64,000 nucleotides of DNA. Origin: Dehalococcoidia bacterium. Its GTDB lineage: Bacteria > Chloroflexota > Dehalococcoidia > Lucifugimonadales > VXLM01. Under the pieces are notes generated by a model. It made no database searches and was not told the DNA's origin. It saw only the letters and a program-made list of their open reading frames with translations. Location of the stretch: the NCBI GenBank assembly GCA_963662435.1, contig OY759598.1:4067923-4131922 (forward strand). The letters are read 5' to 3'. Positions within the stretch are counted from its first letter, which is position 1; every line of letters starts with the position of its first letter. This document shows positions 56,206 to 64,000 of the stretch, in pieces. The position numbers and the translations under genes are program-made.

Positions 56206-56303
56206 ATGTCCTTCTGCCGGTACTGTCTCAGTTTGAAATATTCTAATTGTTGCGTGGTAGAATGAGGCGCCTTGCTAGCATTCACAACGGAAGGAGCAGA
56301 GCA

Positions 56304-56504
56304 ATGGATCGATTCGTAAGAACGGTGAAGACTGACGGGCGTGAGCCCATTCAGGTCGGAAACAGCGAACTCGACAGAAGGTTCTCGTCAGAGTATGTGG
56401 TGATGAAGATGCCGACCGGTGGCACTACCGGTCTGACGACGACTCAGGCCATGGACCTGGCGTCCGCCCTGCTGGAGGTCGTGAAGGTGGTGCGGGAGGG
56501 CTGA
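56304..56504 (+). CDS. Small hypothetical protein
   Basis: AAGGAG RBS; extended -10 TGgTAGAAT at 56255-56263. Confidence 0.55.
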   Translation: MDRFVRTVKTDGREPIQVGNSELDRRFSSEYVVMKMPTGGTTGLTTTQAMDLASALLEVVKVVREG

Positions 56505-56507
56505 CAA

Positions 56508-56705
56508 GTGAAGCACTACTACGTCAACGGGAATGCCAATCCTCGTGGGGCTCACACCGTTCACGTATACGACTGTCGGTACCTGCCCTCGCCGGACAAC
56601 CGAATCTATGTCGGCTTCCTACCCTCGCTGGACGACGCGCTCCAGGCCGCCACAAAGCACTTCCGCAAGGTCACGTGGTGCGCCTACTGTGCTCCCAACC
56701 GCTAA
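56508..56705 (+). CDS. Small putative metal-binding protein (H..C....CxxC)
   Basis: YYVN.NA..G.HTVH..DC.YLP...CAYC; GGGAGG RBS. Confidence 0.7.
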   Translation: MKHYYVNGNANPRGAHTVHVYDCRYLPSPDNRIYVGFLPSLDDALQAATKHFRKVTWCAYCAPNR

Positions 56706-56747
56706 CAACAGGAGGCCCGGCGCTTGCAAGCGCCGGGCCTCCTGTTG
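56706..56747. repeat. Perfect 42-bp palindrome abutting tRNA-like gene 2
   Basis: CAACAGGAGGCCCGGCGCTTG|CAAGCGCCGGGCCTCCTGTTG. Confidence 0.95.
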
Positions 56748-56838
56748 GAGCGTATTGCCTCTTGGAGAGGATCGGGACTCAGACTCCCGAAGTCGCTGGT
56801 ACAGCCCAGCGGTTGCGGTTCGACTCCGCTACGCTCCG
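56747..56838 (+). tRNA. Non-canonical 8/4 tRNA-like RNA (allo-tRNA-like), anticodon CAG
   Basis: Perfect 8-bp acceptor GGAGCGTA/TACGCTCC; 6-bp anticodon stem with loop CTCAGAC; 9-bp variable arm; 4-bp T stem with TTCGACT loop; discriminator G. Confidence 0.8.
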
Positions 56839-56938
56839 TCCGCAAACACATACAGCGTACCACGTTGCCACGGTTCCGTCCACGTGGGCGGAACTCGGTC
56901 GGTTATCGACCAAATCGCACAGAGAACCTTTTCATGTC

Positions 56939-57724
56939 TTAGGGCGAAGGCTTCCCTATGAACGGCTCAAATGCAAGGATCATGTCATTGTACTCGTTCT
57001 TTGTCGCCCAATCTTGGAAGGACGGGAACATATTGCCGGATGTCGCTTGACCGCTGAGGTACCGGTCTGCCACTTGCTCTAGAAACCGTTCCTGCCAAAA
57101 GCTATTGAGTGACTCATAGACTTTCAGCCCATCAGTAAGTACCAAGTCCTCTACAGGCGGTATAGCGATGGGGGTATCCCTTAGCCCCTTTCTGAATTGC
57201 CGGAACTGCTCGTCAATCAATCCTTCTACGAATACTTGCCGACTTAACGGTTCGACTTCGGGAGCGTTGACAGCTGCCCCTCTGCCCCAATCTCGCATGA
57301 ACGCCGCACGCAGCCTATCGTCTAGGCCTTTTAGTCTTGCCAACTCCTTATCGTTCAACGATTCCTCTGGGGTCGGCAGCGGGACCGTAAGTTCAGGCAA
57401 CCAGACAGTGGTGTATGTCCCGTTATCCAGCTTCTGCACTTTGGTTGTCAGCCACTCAAAAGTTTCATCGTACCCCCTGACGGAGTAGAAGAACTCGACA
57501 TCCTCGCGGGCTGACTTCGATATCCGGTTGTACCATGCTAATTCGTCGCCGTGAAGCCACTCACCGAATGTCTCAGGCGTTGGATTGGCTGCGGTGGGGG
57601 TTACTACCCCCACCGCTTGCCCAAAGGCTACAGAGACGGCGGCACTTTCGTTCTTTTCCTCCTTTTCGTCCGAGCAAGCTACAAGAAGCACCAATACCAG
57701 AGTGAAAGTAACTACGAACTTCAT
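56939..57724 (-). CDS. Putative lipoprotein
   Basis: MKFVVTFTLVLVLLVAC lipobox; AAGGAGGT RBS. Confidence 0.8.
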   Translation of the reverse strand: MKFVVTFTLVLVLLVACSDEKEEKNESAAVSVAFGQAVGVVTPTAANPTPETFGEWLHGDELAWYNRISKSAREDVEFFYSVRGYDETFEWLTTKVQKLDNGTYTTVWLPELTVPLPTPEESLNDKELARLKGLDDRLRAAFMRDWGRGAAVNAPEVEPLSRQVFVEGLIDEQFRQFRKGLRDTPIAIPPVEDLVLTDGLKVYESLNSFWQERFLEQVADRYLSGQATSGNMFPSFQDWATKNEYNDMILAFEPFIGKPSP

Positions 57725-57838
57725 TGCGTCACCTCCTTTAGAGGGGTAGACCCAGCATACACGACATTAGTATGTGATGTCCTTAAGTCCCCTACCACAA
57801 TAAAGCGGTAGGGGGCCTTGACTTGCTAAGGCACTGCG

Positions 57839-58375
57839 CTAGAAGTTGCCGCTGTTCCCGGCAGTCCCCGACCAATGCGGGAAGTTCCCCACACCGTATG
57901 TATGCCAACGACCGGACTGGTAGGACTGACTGGTCGTTGCCATGACCGCTGTGGTGTGTGTTCCTTGGCCGTAGCCGTAGCTTACGCTACCGGAAGGACT
58001 CGTCAGTTTCACGAACGCCGTTATCCACGAACTGGTCTGACCACAGGACGCGAGCGTGGAACCATAAATCCTGTTAGCGCTGTACGACCTCCAAACGGAA
58101 CTGCTTACAGCACATCCACCACTGGACATAGTGTAGTTGTTGGTGTTCTGTGCGTACAGGTCTACGGCCACTCCGATGAGTTGTTCCCAATCCTCGGCCG
58201 GAATGGTTTGCATCTGTTCGTCGATCTGTCGCTGAACATCGGAGGGCAGACCATCGTATTGAGCCTGAGCCTGTTGGGTGAGCGGGCCAGGAGGGCCATC
58301 GGCGTAGACGGCGGGGGACACGACGATAACGGCAAGAACCGTGAAAGCAGTAATGAGCAAAAGTTTCTTCAACAT
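57839..58375 (-). CDS. Secreted protein: signal peptide, helical pro-like region, Ser/Gly-rich beta domain with two Cys
   Basis: MLKKLLLITAFTVLAVIVVSPAVYA signal; AAGGAGG RBS. Confidence 0.78.
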   Translation of the reverse strand: MLKKLLLITAFTVLAVIVVSPAVYADGPPGPLTQQAQAQYDGLPSDVQRQIDEQMQTIPAEDWEQLIGVAVDLYAQNTNNYTMSSGGCAVSSSVWRSYSANRIYGSTLASCGQTSSWITAFVKLTSPSGSVSYGYGQGTHTTAVMATTSQSYQSGRWHTYGVGNFPHWSGTAGNSGNF

Positions 58376-58606
58376 TGGAGACCTCCTTCAGGTACTAAGC
58401 TATATGTCCGATCCTTGCGTAAGTTACCTATAACCAGTTCCAATGGCTTCAGGATACAAGGGTGTTGTATATGCAACGTATAGATGAACCGCTCTGCTGT
58501 TTGGATTCTGTATAGAAATCCGGCTTGAAAGTTAGCTATAGAATATCGCGGTCTCAGGTGTTACAGTTCTCACCGTCGGCTAAATCTCTTGTGTCAGGTC
58601 TTCTAG

Positions 58607-59325
58607 TTGCAGGAATCCGAGAAACTCGTTACAGCGCTAAAGAGTCTTAGAAAGTATCTCTCTACGACCAGTGAGATCAGCCCTCGCGCCAACGACGTTG
58701 CTGACCTGGAGGCGCGCTTCAAAGTGATCGAAGACGCTGCCCGATCACTGGCAGCCTCTAGAGACGAAAACGAAACCGAGAAACGGCGATTGGCGGCGCT
58801 GGTCGACTCGTCGCCGGTGGGGGTTATGGTAGTTGACGCTTCCTCCAGGACGCTTGTATCGGTCAACCTTGAGGCTCAACGCATACTCGGCATGTCACCT
58901 GAGCCCGGTAGTTCGCTTGTGCAATACCATCAAACGGCAATTTACCGAAGGGTGGACGGGAAGAAGTACGAGGAGTCTGAACGCCCGCTGGCCAGGTCCT
59001 TGGATTGCGGCGAGGTCGTGCGGGCGGAAGAGATACTACTGACCGCCCCCGACGGCCGTACCGTGACGATTCTCGTCAACGCGACGCCGATCTACTCCAA
59101 TGAAGGCGATATAACAGCAGCTGCCGCGGTCCTCCAAGACATGACTCCGTTAGAGGAGATGGAACGCCTACGCAACGACTTCCTTGCTATAGTGAGCCAT
59201 GAGCTACGGACACCCTTGACTGCGATCAAGGGAACTGCCGCCACCGTGCTGAGCACGTCTACTCCATTCAGCTACGTGGAGACTCGCCAGTTTTTCCGAA
59301 CCGTCGACCAACAAGCCGATGTACT
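58607..59325 (+). pseudogene. Truncated second copy of the hybrid kinase
   Basis: Nearly identical to 54107-54825, then cut by an IS; the remainder is absent on the far side of the IS. Confidence 0.9.
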
Positions 59326-59327
59326 AA

Positions 59328-60792
59328 AGTGGACTTTGTACAAAGTATAGACAAATGATAGGAACAGGGTAAGCTAACAAGACCAAACCATCACGAAAGG
59401 TCAAGTTATGCTCACCCTGCCCGATGCGATTATATCCTTACTCAACCCGTTCGCGCCGATGTTTCAGGCCAGAACATGGTCGAAAGTGCAGGTGCTCCTG
59501 ATTGGGGCAATCCTGGCCACGCGCAAGCGCACCGTCACCTCGGCGCTCCGCGTCATGGGACTCAGCGACGACACCAGCTTTGCCCGTTACCACCGCGTTC
59601 TCAACCGTGCCGAGTGGTCACCTCTCCGGTTGGCACACTGCCTGCTGTTGCTCTTGGTACAACACTTCGATCACGGCGATGGCCCGCTGGTGTTTGGGAT
59701 CGACGAGACCCTGGAGCGGTGACGTGGTAGGCGGATCAAGGCCAAGGGGATATATCGCGACGCAGTGCGCTCCAGCGCAAGTCACTTCGTCAAGGCCTCC
59801 GGCCTGCGCTGGGTAAGTCTGAAGTTGTTAACGACCATACCCTAGGCAGATCGAACATGGTCCTTGCCGGTGCTGACGGCCCTGGCGCCGTCTGAACGGT
59901 ACTATCAGCAGTTGGGGCGGACTCACAAGAAGCTGACCGACTGGGCGCGCCAGATGATAGTCCAACTCCGTCGCTGGTTACCCAACCGTCCTCTGGTAAT
60001 AGTGGCCGACAGTAGCTACGCTGCTCTGGATCTGCTCGCATTTCTGTCAGTCCATGACTCGCCCAGTCACCTTCATTACCCGGTTGCGTCTCGACGCCGC
60101 GCTCTATGAACCCGCTCCACCTCGACTGCCCGGACAGACGGGCCGCCCACGGCTCAAAGGTCAGCGGCTGCCCACACTAAAACAACTCCTCGATCAACCG
60201 GCAACCGCGTGGACTGTCGTAATGATCCCTTGGTACGACGGTACCCTACGCAGAGTGGAGATCGCCTCTCATACGGCGGTCTGGTATCACAAGAGTAAGG
60301 TCCCAGTCCCTATCCGTTGGGTCTTGATACGCGACCCTATGGGTGCATTCCGGCCACAGGCTTTGTTGTGCACCGAGCTCAACGTCGAGCCCACTCGAAT
60401 CGTCGAATGGTTCGTGTTGCGATGGCAACTGGAGGTTACCTTCCAGGAAGTTCGCACTCACCTGGGAGTGGAGACTCAGCGCCAATGGTCTGACCTAGCC
60501 GTCGCCCGCACCACACCGGCGCTCTTCGGGTTGTTCTCATGGGTTACACTGGCAGCACATGCACTGGGTCGAGGCCAAACCGTACCCGTCCGCTCAGCAG
60601 CCTGGTATCCCAAGGCCCTGGCCCTGCCCACCTTCTCCGATGCTATCGCTCTGGTCCGCCATCACCTGTGGTCCAACTCAGACGTTTTCGGCATATCGCC
60701 TGCTCAACCCAACATCCGAAAACTCCCTCGCTCCATAGTTGACCGCTTCATAGAATCGCTGTCCTACGCAGCATGAATGTACAAAGTCCAGC
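59328..60792 (+). mobile_element. IS701-like insertion sequence with inactivated transposase
   Basis: Inverted ends TGGACTTTGTACA / TGTACAAAGTCCA. The transposase (59408-60776; GIDET, VADSSY, RWQLEVTFQE) is broken by two stops and a frameshift. Confidence 0.8.
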
Positions 60793-61016
60793 TAAGATAC
60801 AAGAGTTGATGAGAGGAATGCCCCCGGAGCATCGTGACACGGTCTGGCTCAAAGCTAAAGTGCCCAGTCTGTGGCTCTGTTTCTCCATAAGATCTCACGA
60901 AGTCTGAACAGTTACCGGAGATTGACTGGCCTTGCAGGAACCAAATATCATGCCATCATCTCGTTTAGATCGCCCATTGAGCCTGAAGACTCCCAATATG
61001 GGGAATCCCGGCTAGA

Positions 61017-61787
61017 ATGGAGTGCGAGGCGCAAGACATGAGAATCGTAGATTCCCAGGGCCAACGGATATCGAATCTGATTGAGTGGCGTAGTCGAATC
61101 TTCGATGGGACGTCGAAGGAGAAGGATTGGAAGAAGGGACGTAGTGCCTGTTCCCTTGCCGAGTTCATTATGGATCGGCAGGGTGCGGCATATCTGGAAA
61201 CGCGCATGTCTTCGGTCCTGTCTCAGCATGTAGAGTTGGAGCAGGCCACGCCGGAGTATCTGGCAAAGTTCGACTCCTATCCGGGAAACCCTAGCAACCT
61301 GGACCTTGGAATCACCGGACATGTTGAACGGTTGCCTGTCAACGCAAGTCTATTTGTAGGAGTGGAAGCGAAGGTAGATGAGACATTTGGGAGTACGGTG
61401 AGGAGCAGGTACTCTTCGGCCATGAACAGACGGGATGCGGGGAAGAAGACCAATGCACCCGAGAGGGTGAAGGGGCTGTTGTCGAAGTACTTCTCGGTCC
61501 AGGATTCACCGGACACTTCCCGTTTCGCGGATGTTCGCTATCAACTGTTGACGGGAACCGCCGGGACGGTTGCCGCACCGGGCGAGGTCTCGGTGTTTTA
61601 CATCCTGGTTTTCAGAACTTCAACGTACGATGAGCGAAGGGGCCTGTCGAACTTACAGGACTATGAGGGCTTCATAGAAGCTGCACATGGCGAACTTGTG
61701 GAGAGGGACGGCAAGAGTTTCAGGGCTGACGAACTTGAGCTCGGCGGGAAAAGATTGGTCTGCGTCTATGATTACTTGGACTCCTGA
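61017..61787 (+). CDS. PD-(D/E)XK-like protein (DUF6946-type)
   Basis: WKKGRSACSLA, PE, NLDL, GVEAKVDETFG, RYQLLT. Confidence 0.7.
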   Translation: MECEAQDMRIVDSQGQRISNLIEWRSRIFDGTSKEKDWKKGRSACSLAEFIMDRQGAAYLETRMSSVLSQHVELEQATPEYLAKFDSYPGNPSNLDLGITGHVERLPVNASLFVGVEAKVDETFGSTVRSRYSSAMNRRDAGKKTNAPERVKGLLSKYFSVQDSPDTSRFADVRYQLLTGTAGTVAAPGEVSVFYILVFRTSTYDERRGLSNLQDYEGFIEAAHGELVERDGKSFRADELELGGKRLVCVYDYLDS

Positions 61788-62271
61788 TGTCGCCCGGTCT
61801 CGTTCACACACACATAGCTCGATGGTCTTCTATACACTCGCCCAAGCAACTAACTGTCTGTGCTGACTCCTAGTTTGCGGAGAATTGCGCGACCTCCATT
61901 CGAATCAGGACTCAACGACGCCGCTCTCGCTTCTGAAGCCGTGTATCGTATTATTCCGTTTAGATTCTTCGTCGCTGCTCTCCTCAGAATGACAGGAGGG
62001 TTGGTGAGTTCGCCATCTAGGTAAGCAGGACAGACGCGCCTGTAGGATCCGGGAAAACTGGAATCAGAATGAACACTCCAATCGTTGCGAATGCTTTGAT
62101 GTCTTGTCTACTCACGAAGCTGCAACTCCTCATTCCAAGAATTGGTGTTGGGGAATGAGCCAAATTGCCCGCGTTGACCGGCTTGGTTGATGGGTTGGCA
62201 CAGACCGCCCAAGTAGGAGTAAGTCGGTTAGCGGCGCGACGTACCGATACCCTGTTGTGAACAAACGAACC

Positions 62272-62700
62272 TCATGTAGCGCGTGAAAACCTGATGCACG
62301 GATAGGCGGGGACTTCCCTTGCCGTTATCTCACCTGTTCCTTTGGCTGTGGCGACCTTGCCCTTGACAGACTCTTCAGCGTCGTCAAACTCTATATTGCG
62401 TAGTCGTTCGTTTGACAGGAAGCCTCCCTCGACATTCGTGATCTCGTGTCGCTTGATTCGCTGTGATAATTCTCGTGCCAGATAACTCGCCAAGGTGAAC
62501 TCCTCACCTATCCCTTTACCACCAACGACATAGCCTAGCCGGTCGAAGTCTTCTCTAAAGGTTTCTTTGAACAGGATTGCGAGTTGATAACCCGTAGCGA
62601 AGGATCTGCCAAGGTGGTGGCCATCGTACTTTAGGTCCCTCAATATCTGAACCACCTTCGAAACAAGGCAATTGGCGTTCCAAATAGTTTCGTTACTCAT
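62272..62700 (-). CDS. Hypothetical protein (3' end possibly degraded)
   Basis: GAGGA RBS; HHLGRSFATGYQLAI; ASYLARELS. Confidence 0.5.
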   Translation of the reverse strand: MSNETIWNANCLVSKVVQILRDLKYDGHHLGRSFATGYQLAILFKETFREDFDRLGYVVGGKGIGEEFTLASYLARELSQRIKRHEITNVEGGFLSNERLRNIEFDDAEESVKGKVATAKGTGEITAREVPAYPCIRFSRAT

Positions 62701-63149
62701 CTTAGTATCCTCGGTTCAAGTTCGTTCTGAATCTCTTTCCGATAGAGTAGTAGCTTCCAAACGAGGGCAATGTCTAAATGAGGCCGCAATTCATTGGCGG
62801 TAGTCGCCGCCCCGTGTTGGCATCTCAGTATCTCCCCATCCCATCGGCGGTAGGTCCCGTCCTTCAGGTCCGTCTCTGTCTTTCTAAGGAAGTAGGGATC
62901 GATCACCGATCCTCTGCGTAGATGGCTTCAATCTCTACTGCCGCGCCTTGGGAGACGCGTCATTCAGATGGCTCGATCTGCCGAAGCTGGCCGAGACGCT
63001 CTTTCCTCAGAACGCCGTTCTACTACCCGGTGGCGTGGTGCTCGCTCCCGGCCTTGGAGATAGGCAGCGAGTCGCCAAACGTCATGTCCGTGCTCGCGCG
63101 CGATGCTATCTTTGATCTGCCACAGCTCCTTTGTATCTTAGTAGTGGTT

Positions 63150-63310
63150 CCTAATAATGACTTCACAGAGGTGGAGTGGGGTGCGGCAGACCGACTAACT
63201 CTTGGTCGTCAGAGACCGATGTTCAGCGAGGGTCGCCGCACCATCCCCAAATAGAGCCCGAACAGTTGCCTGGGCCAAAATCGAGCCCGCATCTTGCAAG
63301 GAAGGGCCAG
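63150..63310 (+). ncRNA. Candidate IS110 bridge RNA in the left non-coding end
   Basis: Structured region (GGTGCGGC...GCCGCACC stem enclosing internal loops) directly upstream of an IS110 recombinase. Confidence 0.45.
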
Positions 63311-63331
63311 TACTTTATACAGGAGGTATTG

Positions 63332-64000
63332 ATGGAACACCAAGCTGTCTACGTAGGCATTGATGTCGCCAAGGCCCAAGTGGACGTCGCAGTCCGACCT
63401 ACAGGCCAGAGGTGGACTATCTCCAATGACGAACCTGGAATCGGTGAACTGGTCTCCCGGCTCAAGGCCCTCGGCCCTACCATGGTGGTACTGGAGGCTT
63501 CGGGCAGCCTGGAACTGCCATCGGTGGCAGCTCTGACGGCTGCATCGCTGCCAGTGGTAATCCTCAACCCCCGGCAGATCCGAGACTTCGCCAGAGCCAC
63601 CGGGACGCTGGCGAAGACCGACGCCCTGGACGCGGCGATACTGGCCCACTTCGCCGACGCCGTTCGTCCCCCTGTGCGACCTCTCAGAGACGCTGAGACC
63701 CAAGTCCTCAACTCGTTGGTTGCTCGCAGGCACCAGGTGATAGCCATCCTGGTGGCGGAGAAGAACCGGCTTGGGACCGCCATCAGCGCCGTCCGACCCC
63801 GCATCGAGGCCCACATCGCCTGGCTTGAGCAGGAACTCAACGACATTGACGAAGGGCTGCGGCAGACTCTCCGCAGCAGTCCGGTGTGGCGGGAGAAGGA
63901 CGACATCCTGCGCACCGTTCCCGGCGTGGGTGCGCAACTCTCCCTAGCTCTGCTGGCCCATCTGCCGGAGCTGGGCACGCTGAACCGTCGGCAGATCGCC
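63332..64000 (+). CDS. IS110-family transposase/recombinase (runs off the window; missing from the ORF track)
   Basis: AGGAGG RBS; MEHQAVYVGIDVAK, VLEASG, NP, AKTDALDA, LRTVPGVG. Confidence 0.92.
   Translation, partial: MEHQAVYVGIDVAKAQVDVAVRPTGQRWTISNDEPGIGELVSRLKALGPTMVVLEASGSLELPSVAALTAASLPVVILNPRQIRDFARATGTLAKTDALDAAILAHFADAVRPPVRPLRDAETQVLNSLVARRHQVIAILVAEKNRLGTAISAVRPRIEAHIAWLEQELNDIDEGLRQTLRSSPVWREKDDILRTVPGVGAQLSLALLAHLPELGTLNRRQIA

Noticed and set aside
56778..56784. TCA within the anticodon loop suggesting tRNA-Sec
   Set aside because: With the 6-bp stem and C32-U33, the anticodon register is CAG, not TCA. No sel genes are nearby and the T stem is 4 bp.
61961..61994. AGATTCTTCGTCGCTGCTCTCCTCAGAATGACA, REP-like half element
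   Set aside because: Single copy without a partner arm in the window; cannot be supported further.

Overview
The window has three parts. (1) 1-11.3 kb: a type I-E CRISPR-Cas locus (cas3 3' end, cas8e, cas11, cas7, cas5, cas6e, cas1). Its adaptation module is broken by an IS1595-family transposon: the cas1 tail is replaced, and cas2 and the leader are missing. The transposon end supplies a perfect outward sigma70 promoter in front of a 24-repeat array. Between cas3 and cas8e is a hidden reverse-strand mini-array with compensatory repeat changes. Its short spacer matches the -10/TSS region of the promoter driving a 59-aa orphan ORF and the Cascade operon, resembling a CreTA/CreR-type RNA-guided repression circuit. 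(2) 11.4-50 kb: an integrative conjugative element. It carries AlpA, HTH regulators, a Replic_Relax protein and VirD4/VirB4/pilins/VirB6-like genes on the minus strand. The plus strand carries primase, a Rad52-like annealase, a Cas4-like nuclease split by a group II intron, SSB, RadC, a methyltransferase, a helicase and a PRTRC-type ubiquitin-like cassette, with a recurrent intergenic CTACA-loop hairpin motif. (3) 50-64 kb: an IS-rich cargo region (ISAs1, IS701-like pseudogene, IS110) with a duplicated hybrid kinase/secreted-protein cassette and two non-canonical 8/4 tRNA-like genes (allo-tRNA-like; anticodons GAC and CAG), each fused to a perfect 42-44 bp palindrome. Gene content is reminiscent of Chloroflexota/Dehalococcoidia (inference only). 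All family assignments are from motif recognition, not database searches.
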